Positions 19,893 to 30,151 of a stretch of DNA of 64,000 nucleotides are shown piece by piece; position 1 is the stretch's first letter, and each line of letters starts with the position of its first letter. Source of the DNA: Candidatus Poribacteria bacterium (GTDB lineage: Bacteria; Poribacteria; WGA-4E; WGA-3G); contig CAXXUA010000003.1 in NCBI GenBank assembly GCA_963663765.2, positions 192,001 to 256,000 on the forward strand, given 5' to 3'. The position numbers and the translations under genes were made by a program. The notes below the pieces were generated by a model. The model was not told the origin of the DNA. It did no database searches and saw only the letters and a program-made list of their open reading frames with translations.

Positions 19893-20127
19893 TAATCAAT
19901 AGTACTATTCACGATAGATGACCTATTATCGTTGTGGATAATTGTGGTATAAGAAATGTATAAAGTGTTATAATTTCTTGCATAGCGATTGACCTTTCAT
20001 AGGCATTATATGGCTTTTATTGCTTTAGATCATCTGACCAATTTACTCAACCATTTTTGGCGAAGGTATTGATACTGTACGAACATTTTTGAGGACGTTT
20101 GCAGGTGTCTTAACAACGGAGTTTAAT

Positions 20128-20439
20128 GTGAAAAAACAAACAATTCTCAGCAAAGAATCAATTAAGCAGAGTCTTGTGGACAATCAAAAGACCTTGCGAA
20201 AACACGGAGTCAAACGAATCGGCTTGTTCGGATCCTACGTACGCGGGACAGCATCCACCGAAAGCGACATTGATTTCATTGTTGAACTCGAAAGACTGAC
20301 CCTTCGCGACTACATGGGATTAGCTCTTTTTCTTGAAGACCTATTTAAGAAGGATGTTGACCTAATAACTACTACATCCATCAAACCGCGCCTAAAACCT
20401 TATATTGAAAAAGAGATAGAGTATGTCACGAATCTATAG
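20128..20439 (+). CDS. Minimal nucleotidyltransferase (MNT) antitoxin
   Basis: GLFGSYVRG...SDIDFIVE...LEDLFKKDVDL. Start uncertain (GTG 20128 or TTG 20089). Confidence 0.85.
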   Translation: MKKQTILSKESIKQSLVDNQKTLRKHGVKRIGLFGSYVRGTASTESDIDFIVELERLTLRDYMGLALFLEDLFKKDVDLITTTSIKPRLKPYIEKEIEYVTNL

Positions 20440-20748
20440 CAGGACTTACGCAAAAACTGTAGGCGTGCTTTGTAAGCGCGCTGGAAATCCATAAAAACGC
20501 TGATAATTGCATCATTTTCATCATAATTCTTGATTAAATCAAGAAAACTGCGTAAGTCCTGTATAGTTTATATCTGCCAGATGTAGTGGAGGCTGCTGAA
20601 CGTATTGCATCGTACGTTGCAAACGTTTCTCAAAGTGAATTTGAAATGGATCAGATCGGAAAGAAACTGACGCTCTTGAGAAACATGTAAATTGGTTACG
20701 AATTTCACCACGCGCTTCTCCGAAACTTACATAGAAACCCAAAATAGA
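20423..20748 (+). pseudogene. HEPN/DUF86 toxin pseudogene interrupted by a MITE
   Basis: Removing 20440-20566 restores MSRIYSLYLPDVVEAAERIASYVANVSQSEFEMDQ...LLRNM*IG, resembling a DUF86 N-terminus. It overlaps the MNT stop as expected for such pairs. Confidence 0.7.
20440..20561. mobile_element. 122-bp MITE with 13-bp TIRs and 5-bp target duplication
   Basis: CAGGACTTACGCA...TGCGTAAGTCCTG flanked by TATAG on both sides. Confidence 0.85.
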
Positions 20749-20853
20749 TATAGTAAATACGCATTTTCATGCCGTTAGGCTTTGATTCTATTGATGATTA
20801 TTAGGTTCAAAATCACACTGAGAAATACCAGTTATTTTATTAAGGAGAATTAG

Positions 20854-21861
20854 ATGATAAGAGTTGCAAAAATTAGTATGGCGCATGTCCACGCAGGTGG
20901 TTATGCAAGACAGATTCACGAAAACCCCGAAACCGAACTCGTCGCTGTTTGGGACGAAGAGGGCTTCGATCATGGTGGGGGCGGCAAAGCAGCTGCAGAA
21001 AAATATGAAGTACCGTTCTACACCGACCTTGATGAGATGTTAAGCCGTGATGATGTTGACGCAGTCGCTGTTGATGCTGTAACATCTGACCATCCGCGTG
21101 TGATAATCGCCGCCGCAGAGGCAGGCAAACATATCTTCACCGAAAAGGCATTGGCTATCACAGTCGCAGAATGCGATCCGATTATTGATGCAGTGGAAAA
21201 AGCAGGTATAAAGTTTATGATTTCGCTTCCTTCAAGAGCGAATTCTGAGATTCTGTTTGCGAAGAGGGCAATTGATGATGGACTACTCGGTGATATAACA
21301 TTCGGCAGAGGACGGATTGCACACTCCGCTGCTCTTGATAAATGGTTCGGTGGTACAAGTGCATGGTTTGCAGACCCTATCCGTGCGGGTGGTGGTGCGC
21401 TCTTTGACTTAGGTTGCCACCGCGTTGATGTTATACGTTGGCTAATGGGTGAACCCAAGAGTGCAATCGCAAAGATAAACAACTTCACTGGCAACTTCCC
21501 AATTGATGACAATAGCGTTTCTGTTGTGGAATTTGCAAACAAAGCACTCGGTGTGATTGATGTTGCATGGACGCACCGTTCCGGTCCGAATATGTTGGAG
21601 ATTTACGGCACTGAAGGTTCGTATGCTGCAGGACACGGTGAAATGCATTTTCAGACTCGAAAACTCTCTGATGAAGAAAAAGCGAAATACATTGCCGATG
21701 CACCCGCAGCACCACCTTCACCATTGCAACAGTGGATCAATGCAATCCTCCGCGATGAACCTATGACAATCACTTTCCAAGATGGACGTAATCTAACAGA
21801 ACTGATGCAGGCATTTTATATGTCCTCTGAACAGGGGAAGGCAATAGAATTCCCGCTTTAA
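20854..21861 (+). CDS. Gfo/Idh/MocA family oxidoreductase
   Basis: AGKHIFTEKA and GGGALFDLGCH motifs. Confidence 0.88.
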   Translation: MIRVAKISMAHVHAGGYARQIHENPETELVAVWDEEGFDHGGGGKAAAEKYEVPFYTDLDEMLSRDDVDAVAVDAVTSDHPRVIIAAAEAGKHIFTEKALAITVAECDPIIDAVEKAGIKFMISLPSRANSEILFAKRAIDDGLLGDITFGRGRIAHSAALDKWFGGTSAWFADPIRAGGGALFDLGCHRVDVIRWLMGEPKSAIAKINNFTGNFPIDDNSVSVVEFANKALGVIDVAWTHRSGPNMLEIYGTEGSYAAGHGEMHFQTRKLSDEEKAKYIADAPAAPPSPLQQWINAILRDEPMTITFQDGRNLTELMQAFYMSSEQGKAIEFPL

Positions 21862-22040
21862 AGTCATACTAAACTTACGTGATATACTTGGATGTGCAAA
21901 AAAGGTACTATTTCAGTATGTATATTGCGTATTACATCTGACTTCCTGATATTTTAGTTGAACTTTTCGTGACGCACCATGTCACACAAAAGGAAGAAGG
22001 TGGCAGTTAATTTAACAATCAATTTAGAAGAGTAGATGAT

Positions 22041-25000
22041 ATGAATTCTGTACAAACGAAATTAGATAAAGCTCGCGCTGAACTGCTTGACTTAACCTTG
22101 CGTAACCCATTGATCAACTATAAACTTCTCAAGGCGCGAGGCATTGAGATTGTTGATGAATCTCCATCAGATATTTATCAGATACTTGTTCAAAATAAGA
22201 AAACTATGTCTTTCCTGCCAAGAGATGAAGATGATAGTTCTTTTCTGTTTGAAGATGAAGCGGAACATGATCCTGAGCGGTATACCGATACCAAACTTCA
22301 GACAAACCATTTCTCCCCTGAACTTCAAAAGCGTTTACGGAATACCGAGTATACGGAGCGAACGGCAATTGAAGAACAGGGAGTAACTACCCTCTATCTT
22401 GCGCTTGGTATGCTTGAATGGTATGAATCTGAATCCAGTGAGATTTTACGTAGTGCTCCACTAATTATGATACCTGTGGTACTCAACCGAACGAGTGTAC
22501 GTGCTAATTTTCGAGTTCAGTACACAGACGAAGACATTGGAACGAATCTATCACTTCAAGAAAAACTGAAAGCTGAGTTCAGTATTCAATTACCAGATCT
22601 TCCCGATGTGGATGACCTTAATCAGTCCACCATTCTAAGATACTTTGAAGAAGTAAGTGAGGTAATTGTTAACCAAAAGCAATGGTCAGTAAATGATTTA
22701 AAAATTGCACTCGGTTTTTTCTCATTTGCCAAGTTTCTGATGTACTGCGATTTAGACGTTAACAATTGGCCCGATAATACTCTCTCCAAACACCCAATAT
22801 TAGATTCAGTGCTCGTAAACGGATTTCAAGAACCAGACTCATCCATTGAGGATAGTGAACCCAACCTTGACCTACACCTGACTCCCGAAAATACGCATCA
22901 CGTAGTTAATGCAGACAGTTCACAAGCATTGGCTATCCATGATGTAAGTGAAGGACGAAATCTCGTTATTCAAGGACCGCCCGGTACAGGTAAATCACAA
23001 ACTATTACTAATTTGATTGCTGCATCTATAATGGAAGGGAAACGTGTGCTTTTTGTTGCTGAGAAGATGGCAGCTTTAGAAGTAGTCAAGCGGAATTTGG
23101 ACAAAATTGGACTTGGCAATGCTTGTTTAGAACTACATAGTCATAAGATGAACAAAAAAGCCGTTGTTGATGAACTAAGACGTATTCTTGATACCAGTGA
23201 ACCAAAAATAACAGACCTAAAACAAAAACTCGAGAATCTTCTTGATGATCGCAACCGTTTGAATAGATACTGTGAAGCAGTCAACACCCCAATTGGCGAG
23301 AGTGGTATCACACCTTATCAGGCGTATGGAGAACTTTTAGCCACACAACGCCTCCTCTCAGGAAGGGAACTGCCGACTTTAGCATCAAAAGATTTTCAAC
23401 ATTCAACATCTGAATTTGAAAAAGGATTGGCACTTACTGAAGTATGCCAAACACTCCTTAAGCGGATGGGTATACCCAAAAAACATCCGTTTTGGGGAAG
23501 TCGTTGTAAGGTCTTTCTTCCTGCTGATAGAGTATCACTTAAACAAGCATCTGCGGAAGCACGAGAAAGAGTTACCGAAGTCAAGAATTCATCTGAACAA
23601 CTTGCACAGCACCTCAAACTTGTGCCACCGGATACTTGTGATGAGGTTGAAAATCTCATCCGCGCGGCGCGTCATGTTATAGATGCACCAGACTTATCAG
23701 GTGTTGCTGTGCAGTCAACCGAATGGGAAACGCATAGTAGTGATTTTGAAGTAGGCTTTAAGGCAGGAGAAAAGTTAGACGAACTCCATAAAATACATGA
23801 TGATATGCTGATACGTGAAGCATGGGGACAAAATGTTTTAGAGATGCGGCAAAAGCTTGCTGCTCATGGAGATAAGTGGTGGCGTATACTCTCGGGAAAC
23901 TATCGACAGGCACTTAATGAACTCAAAGGTTTATGCTCACAACCACAATTACTACCAAAAACACATCATTCCCGACTCCGTATCGTTGATGCAATTCTTG
24001 AAGTGCAAAGTGAATCGCCTCAACTTGAGCAGATACAAGAGATCGGTCAAGAATTATTTGGTTCACACTGGCAAGGGCAATCCTCGAATTGGGATCAACT
24101 ACGTGAGATCATCAAATATATGTCTGCAACGCACCAATCGGTAGCAAACAAAGAATTACCTGAAGCAGTAGTTACATATCTTGCGTCAAATCCGAATTTG
24201 GAAGAACTTAAGGAATCACTTGCAACCGTTGAAAAACTTTTTAGCAACTATCCACATCTTCTTCAATCGGTGATTGATAAAATCCAACTTGATGAAAAAG
24301 TGCGTTTTGGGTGTGATGATGGATTAAAACAACTTCCATTTACTGAACAGATAAAAATCTTTAGATGTTGGGAAACTAAACCGGGCTGTCTCCAAGATAT
24401 GGTTTCGTATAATCACCATGTTGAAGCGTTAACGGATAACGGTTTCATTGAAATTGTAAAGGTTGCAAATGAATGGTCAGAAGCGGGAGAATATCTATCA
24501 GATTTACTCAAACAGACGTGGCACAACGTAAAAATTGAGACAGTAATGACAGAACGACCAATTCTTGCGGGTTTTAGTAGTGAGACCCATCAGCATATTT
24601 TAGAAAGGTTCAAAGAGTTAGATCGCATCTCACTTGACTACAATAAGGTAAAAGTAGCATACCAACATTGGAAACATTTGCCACAGTATGAAGCGTCAAG
24701 TGGACAATTAGGATTACTCAGGCGTGAATTTCAAAAAAAGCGACGACATCTCCCAATTCGTCAACTTATGACTAAAGCAGGAAATGCAATACAAGCAATT
24801 AAGCCTGTATTTATGATGAGTCCGCTCTCCGTAGCAACATTTATACCACCGAAAAGTGTTGACTTCGACTTAGTGGTTTTTGACGAAGCCAGCCAAGTAA
24901 AACCTGTTGATGCTTTCGGATCAATTGTTCGAGGTAAACAAACAGTAGTAGTTGGTGATACTCAACAACTACCACCTACCTCTTTCTTTGATAAACACAT

Positions 25001-26780
25001 AGCTGAAGATGATGATGACACGGAAGAAAACGTAACAGCCGATACAGAGAGTATTCTTGGCTTGTTTAGTGCTCAGACCTCGCCAGAACGGATGTTACGA
25101 TGGCATTACCGTAGCAGACATCCTTCGTTGATTGCAGTATCAAACTTTTGCTTTTACGATAATAAACTTATAATCTTTCCAAGTCCTGATGCCGCAAGAG
25201 AAAAAGTCGGATTGGTGTATCATTACCTACCTGATACTGCTTATGACCGTGGAGGGAGTAGAAGCAACTTGAAAGAGGCAAAAATAGTTGCAAAAAAAGT
25301 CATGGAACACGCACGCTTACGACCCCATTTGACACTTGGTGTCGCGACTTTTAGTACAGCACAAATGCAAGCAATTCAAGATCAGCTTGAACTACTGCGC
25401 AGAGAAGATCTATCATGTGAGGAAACATTCTTCAATGCTCATCCTGAAGAACCATTTTTTGTTAAAAATTTAGAAAACGTTCAAGGGGATGAACGTGATA
25501 TTATTTTTATTAGCATTGGATACGGGCGAGATGCTAATGGAAAACTTACGATGAACTTCGGACCTCTCGGTAGAGATGGTGGAGAAAGACGATTGAACGT
25601 TTTGATTACGCGAGCACGGCAGCGTTGTGAAGTGTTTACTAATCTTACTGCTGATGATATTGACCTAAGTCGTACCAATGCCCGCGGTGTTGCAGTCTTA
25701 AAACGTTATCTGAAATATGCGCAGACAGACGAAATTGACATCCCAGAACTGATCGGCAAACTACCAGACTCTCCGTTTGAGGTAGAGGTTGCAGATGCAT
25801 TGCGGGGATGTGGCTATGAAATTGATCATCAGATTGGTTCTGCTGGTTATTTCATCGACCTTGCGGTTAAGGATCCTGAACGCCCAGGACGTTACTTATT
25901 AGGGATTGAGTGTGACGGAGCAACCTATCACAGTGCTCAATCTGCTCGCGATAGAGATCGAATTAGGCAGGAAGTACTTGAAGGATTGGGTTGGCGTATC
26001 CATCGTATTTGGAGTACCGATTGGTTTAGGTTTCCAGACCGTGAACTCAAAAAAGCAGCTGAAGCGATTGAAGCAGCTAAGGCACACATACCCTTCTCTA
26101 TTGGTAAAACTCCAGAAGTTAATAATCATGATTCCAATGAAGATAAGGAAGAATCAGAAACAGAGGTTGAGGCAATTGATGATCCAACCCCAGAACCGAA
26201 ACCCAATTCCCAAACAAAAAAGTATCAACTTGCAGAACTATCTATTTCTACCAATGGGCTTGATTTACATGCAGTTCCGTCACGCCTGATAGCAAACTGG
26301 ATTCAGCAAGTTGTTGAAATTGAGAGTCCAGTACACCTTAACGAAGTAGCAAAACGCATCACAAGTGCTGCCGGACTGAAGAAGGTTGGCAATCGCATCC
26401 AAAAAGCGGTTGAAAATGCTGCGAGGACAGCAACTCGTTCTGAAGGTATTCAGATCAAAGAGACATCTCTATATGAGACATTTCTCTATTGGACTGGACA
26501 AAAAGAGATCACTGTGCGAGATCGTAGTGAACTTCCAAATACTTCACGCAAGTTTAAACTTATTGCACCTGAAGAAATACAAGAGGCAATCAAGTTGTGT
26601 GTATCGGAATCTTGCGGCATTGAACAAGACGATTTACCTCACGCAACTTGTAGGTTATTTGGTTTTAAAAAGGTTAATTGGAACATGCAAGACGAAATTG
26701 AAGGCATAATTTATAAAATGATTGAAAGCGGTGAGTTAACGGATAAAGCTGGCTCGTTGGTACTTACTACAGTAAAATAG
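22041..26780 (+). CDS. DUF4011-SF1 helicase-Vsr-like nuclease-DUF3320 protein (Hhe-like anti-phage architecture)
   Basis: N-terminal LLDLTLRNPLIN, Walker A QGPPGTGKS, FDEASQ, VGDTQQLPP, ENVQGDERD, RLNVLITRAR, GIECDGATYH...GWRIHRIWS, C-terminal VVEIESPVH. Confidence 0.85.
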   Translation: MNSVQTKLDKARAELLDLTLRNPLINYKLLKARGIEIVDESPSDIYQILVQNKKTMSFLPRDEDDSSFLFEDEAEHDPERYTDTKLQTNHFSPELQKRLRNTEYTERTAIEEQGVTTLYLALGMLEWYESESSEILRSAPLIMIPVVLNRTSVRANFRVQYTDEDIGTNLSLQEKLKAEFSIQLPDLPDVDDLNQSTILRYFEEVSEVIVNQKQWSVNDLKIALGFFSFAKFLMYCDLDVNNWPDNTLSKHPILDSVLVNGFQEPDSSIEDSEPNLDLHLTPENTHHVVNADSSQALAIHDVSEGRNLVIQGPPGTGKSQTITNLIAASIMEGKRVLFVAEKMAALEVVKRNLDKIGLGNACLELHSHKMNKKAVVDELRRILDTSEPKITDLKQKLENLLDDRNRLNRYCEAVNTPIGESGITPYQAYGELLATQRLLSGRELPTLASKDFQHSTSEFEKGLALTEVCQTLLKRMGIPKKHPFWGSRCKVFLPADRVSLKQASAEARERVTEVKNSSEQLAQHLKLVPPDTCDEVENLIRAARHVIDAPDLSGVAVQSTEWETHSSDFEVGFKAGEKLDELHKIHDDMLIREAWGQNVLEMRQKLAAHGDKWWRILSGNYRQALNELKGLCSQPQLLPKTHHSRLRIVDAILEVQSESPQLEQIQEIGQELFGSHWQGQSSNWDQLREIIKYMSATHQSVANKELPEAVVTYLASNPNLEELKESLATVEKLFSNYPHLLQSVIDKIQLDEKVRFGCDDGLKQLPFTEQIKIFRCWETKPGCLQDMVSYNHHVEALTDNGFIEIVKVANEWSEAGEYLSDLLKQTWHNVKIETVMTERPILAGFSSETHQHILERFKELDRISLDYNKVKVAYQHWKHLPQYEASSGQLGLLRREFQKKRRHLPIRQLMTKAGNAIQAIKPVFMMSPLSVATFIPPKSVDFDLVVFDEASQVKPVDAFGSIVRGKQTVVVGDTQQLPPTSFFDKHIAEDDDDTEENVTADTESILGLFSAQTSPERMLRWHYRSRHPSLIAVSNFCFYDNKLIIFPSPDAAREKVGLVYHYLPDTAYDRGGSRSNLKEAKIVAKKVMEHARLRPHLTLGVATFSTAQMQAIQDQLELLRREDLSCEETFFNAHPEEPFFVKNLENVQGDERDIIFISIGYGRDANGKLTMNFGPLGRDGGERRLNVLITRARQRCEVFTNLTADDIDLSRTNARGVAVLKRYLKYAQTDEIDIPELIGKLPDSPFEVEVADALRGCGYEIDHQIGSAGYFIDLAVKDPERPGRYLLGIECDGATYHSAQSARDRDRIRQEVLEGLGWRIHRIWSTDWFRFPDRELKKAAEAIEAAKAHIPFSIGKTPEVNNHDSNEDKEESETEVEAIDDPTPEPKPNSQTKKYQLAELSISTNGLDLHAVPSRLIANWIQQVVEIESPVHLNEVAKRITSAAGLKKVGNRIQKAVENAARTATRSEGIQIKETSLYETFLYWTGQKEITVRDRSELPNTSRKFKLIAPEEIQEAIKLCVSESCGIEQDDLPHATCRLFGFKKVNWNMQDEIEGIIYKMIESGELTDKAGSLVLTTVK

Positions 26781-26958
26781 TAAACAAGATATTAGCATCT
26801 TTAGTAGAACGTGGTGAACTTGAAAAGCCAGATCGTGGTGAATATAGAATTGTTGAAGGAGGACTTTTACATCTTAACCTAAAACAACGTATTTCAGATA
26901 AAGAACTTAAGAAGAACAGTAGCAAACTTGCTGAGTAAAACAACAAAGGAAGCATATC

Positions 26959-29454
26959 ATGCAAGACTATCAACCAATCTCTCTCACAGAATTCTGTAAT
27001 GTCAACGCAGACATTATCGGACACAACGCCAATCCAACCTTAGGACCACAAACATTCCACGGACTCCCTTTCCACATCTCCCAAGGTGAAAAATGTTTTT
27101 TGGGATTTGGTGATGGAATCAATACAGAACCCATCCAAATACCAGTGAGTTCTGATCCGAAACGGATTATCGTAGCACATCGACTGCTTGAGTCCCGCAT
27201 CCATGAAGGTGAACCGATTGGAAAATTGATTGCAAACTATGTGGTCCAATATACCGATGGAATGTCAATGCGTGTTCCAATCCGTGAACGTTTTGAGATT
27301 GGAAGCGTGCCACAAGGTTGGGGACAACAGACTTTCATTGCTATACCCGATACAAAGGAAAGTTTGCATGCTCGCCATCAAGGGCCGTGGGGTTCCGCAG
27401 GAAATCGACAGACCGAAGCGATGCAATGTGTGCCACGCAACTACTACCTTTATATATGGAAGAAACCCAATCCTGATAAAGAAATTGCCTATATAGAAAT
27501 ACGACCACAAGAACGGAAGTTTATTGTCGCAGCAATCACGTTAGGATACATTGACGAGGATCCGATTCCGCGTCGTGCTAACCGTGAGGTAAAAATCACA
27601 CTCCCACAAGCAGAAGATGCTGACAAACCTTTTGACATGGAGGTTAACGTTGACCGTGGTACTGCGACCTATCCGTATCCGTTGCCAGAAAACTCAACCG
27701 ATGCGTTTATCAATGACGATTTTAAAGGATGGGGAGAATTCCAAAACAACAAAAGCAGTCCTGCATATACAGAGATATCCGCTACACCATCCGCAACCGT
27801 TGAAGTCAAAAATCAGGGTGAAACACTGGGTTCAGTCAACTGGGGAGAACTTCAAAAAAATGGTTCTGTTCAACCGAATGAACGGGTCAAGGTTGAAGTT
27901 ATTGATTCTGGCAGAAACTGGGTGCATACCACCGTGATTGACGAAGACACGAATAAACCTGTACCGTGCCGTATCCACTTCCGATCACCACACGGTGTGC
28001 CTTATGCACCACACGGACATCACGCACATGTCAACTCAAACATGGGCACATGGCACGTAGACATCGGGGGTGATGTGCGGTTAGGACAGATTAGTTATGC
28101 CTATATTGATGGCACTTGTCAAGGATGGTTACCGCGCGGAGACGTAATTGTTGATGTTGCTCGCGGCTTTGAATATACGCCATTGCGAACCACTGTGAAT
28201 ATAAAACCAGGTCAACGCGAATTGACACTACGAATAAAACGTTGGTGTGACATGAACTCCGAACGCTATTTTAGCGGAGATACCCATGTCCATTTCCTTT
28301 CAACACAAGGTGCACATACCGAAGCACAAGGTGAAGACCTCGGTGTTGTCAATCTACTCCTCTCCCAGTGGGGACATCTCTTTACGAATACAGAGGAGTT
28401 TATCGGAAGACCCACAGTGTCATCCGATGGACGTAGCATTGTCTATGCAACGCAGGAAAATAGACAGCATGTGCTTGGTCATCTCACGTTACTTGGCTTG
28501 AAAGAACAGGTGTCTCCGTGGTGTTCAGATGGACCAGGTGAAGCAGAACTCGGAGGAAACTTGGAAGTCACGCTGTCGCATTGGGCAGATGCGTGCCATG
28601 AACAAGGTGGCACTGTCGTCTTACCTCATATTCCAAATCCGAATTGCGAACCTGCAACCCTCATTGCAACTGGACGCGTTGATGCAGTTGAATATCTTAC
28701 CCACGCCATGTATGGACACATTGAATATTATCGTTATCTCAACTGTGGATATAAGCTGCCACTCGTCGGGGGTACAGACAAAATGACAGCAGATGTTCCT
28801 GTAGGTGTTTATCGCACTTATGTTCACATCCCCGATAACGAAGAATTCAACTATGATAACTGGTGCAAATATATGAGTGCGGGGAATACATTCCTCAGTG
28901 GAGGTCCGATGATTCGTCTCACCGTTGATGGACAACCCATCGGCAGCACGATCAACCTGCCCGGCAATGGCGGTACCGTTGAAGTTGAAGCATCCGCGGA
29001 TTCTATCTTCCCCATACATACCTTGCAGATTGTGCAAGCAGGACAAGTTGTCGCTACCACAGAGGAAAACAGTGGATCACATCAGTTACGTCTCAAAGCG
29101 AATCTGAAAGTGGATAAACATTCATGGATTGCGGCAAGGTGTGGTGGTCCGAACTATGCTCAAGCAGTTCCACATCACGATGGATGGCGGCGCGGTATCA
29201 TTGCACATACATCACCAGTTTACATCGCAGTCGGTGGTGAATGGTGGATGTTCGATCCCGAAACTGCAAACTATATGCTCACCTTGATTGAAGGCGGGTT
29301 GTCCTATATACAACAGTCGGCACGTCACTATGAACCCGGAACGACAACACATCATCACGGTGAAGATGACCATATAGAATATCTCTCTCGTCCATTCCAA
29401 GAGGCGCGAAAGGCAATCCACCAACGAATGCATCAATTGGGTATTCCACATTAA
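26959..29454 (+). CDS. CehA/McbA-family (PHP-like) metallohydrolase
   Basis: SGDTHVH, LGHLTLLG, VLPH, YLNCGYKLPLVGGTD, AHTSPVY. Confidence 0.75.
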   Translation: MQDYQPISLTEFCNVNADIIGHNANPTLGPQTFHGLPFHISQGEKCFLGFGDGINTEPIQIPVSSDPKRIIVAHRLLESRIHEGEPIGKLIANYVVQYTDGMSMRVPIRERFEIGSVPQGWGQQTFIAIPDTKESLHARHQGPWGSAGNRQTEAMQCVPRNYYLYIWKKPNPDKEIAYIEIRPQERKFIVAAITLGYIDEDPIPRRANREVKITLPQAEDADKPFDMEVNVDRGTATYPYPLPENSTDAFINDDFKGWGEFQNNKSSPAYTEISATPSATVEVKNQGETLGSVNWGELQKNGSVQPNERVKVEVIDSGRNWVHTTVIDEDTNKPVPCRIHFRSPHGVPYAPHGHHAHVNSNMGTWHVDIGGDVRLGQISYAYIDGTCQGWLPRGDVIVDVARGFEYTPLRTTVNIKPGQRELTLRIKRWCDMNSERYFSGDTHVHFLSTQGAHTEAQGEDLGVVNLLLSQWGHLFTNTEEFIGRPTVSSDGRSIVYATQENRQHVLGHLTLLGLKEQVSPWCSDGPGEAELGGNLEVTLSHWADACHEQGGTVVLPHIPNPNCEPATLIATGRVDAVEYLTHAMYGHIEYYRYLNCGYKLPLVGGTDKMTADVPVGVYRTYVHIPDNEEFNYDNWCKYMSAGNTFLSGGPMIRLTVDGQPIGSTINLPGNGGTVEVEASADSIFPIHTLQIVQAGQVVATTEENSGSHQLRLKANLKVDKHSWIAARCGGPNYAQAVPHHDGWRRGIIAHTSPVYIAVGGEWWMFDPETANYMLTLIEGGLSYIQQSARHYEPGTTTHHHGEDDHIEYLSRPFQEARKAIHQRMHQLGIPH

Positions 29455-29458
29455 CATA

Positions 29459-30094
29459 ATGAAAATGCATATTGAAAAAGTCACAGCATTCATTACTCAA
29501 GAACGCAATGGTGTAAAGGTGGTGCTTGTATTCAAACATCCAACTGCGGGTGTCCAAATCCCTGCGGGGTCTGTGGAAGTCGGTGAAGATCTTGAGACTG
29601 CAGTCTTACGCGAAACGTATGAAGAAACGGGACTGCAACAGGTAAAGATTGAAAAATACCTCGGTTGTTTTGAAAATGAGTTTGGCAAACAACAGCGAAT
29701 CATCACAAAAACAACTGAAGTCTATATCAAACCCGATATAAATGCAGTGCCTTACAAGAAAAAACTGACAAGAGGACTCACTGTTGATTACCATTCTACC
29801 CAAGAAGACTTCACACACATTTCGTATATTGAATATGTTTATGATGAATGTCACAAACCCATACATATTGACTATAACATTACCGGATGGGTGCCGAATA
29901 AAAGCATAAGTTCTCAGAAAAAGAGACATTTTTTCCACTTATCCACACCAGAGAAAACAGCGGATGCATGGAAATTGAAAAGTGATTTGGGGCATATTTT
30001 CCAACCTTTTTGGACTCCGCTTTCACCGAAACCTGATATTATACCACCACAAGATAGATGGTTGGATTTTGTCTACGAAAAACTGCTTAGATAG
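29459..30094 (+). CDS. NUDIX hydrolase
   Basis: Nudix box PAGSVEVGEDLETAVLRETYEETGL. Confidence 0.85.
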   Translation: MKMHIEKVTAFITQERNGVKVVLVFKHPTAGVQIPAGSVEVGEDLETAVLRETYEETGLQQVKIEKYLGCFENEFGKQQRIITKTTEVYIKPDINAVPYKKKLTRGLTVDYHSTQEDFTHISYIEYVYDECHKPIHIDYNITGWVPNKSISSQKKRHFFHLSTPEKTADAWKLKSDLGHIFQPFWTPLSPKPDIIPPQDRWLDFVYEKLLR

Positions 30095-30151
30095 TTCGGC
30101 TAAAAAAGTATCAATTGTTATCATAATACGACTACCAAAAAGGAGAAAAAG

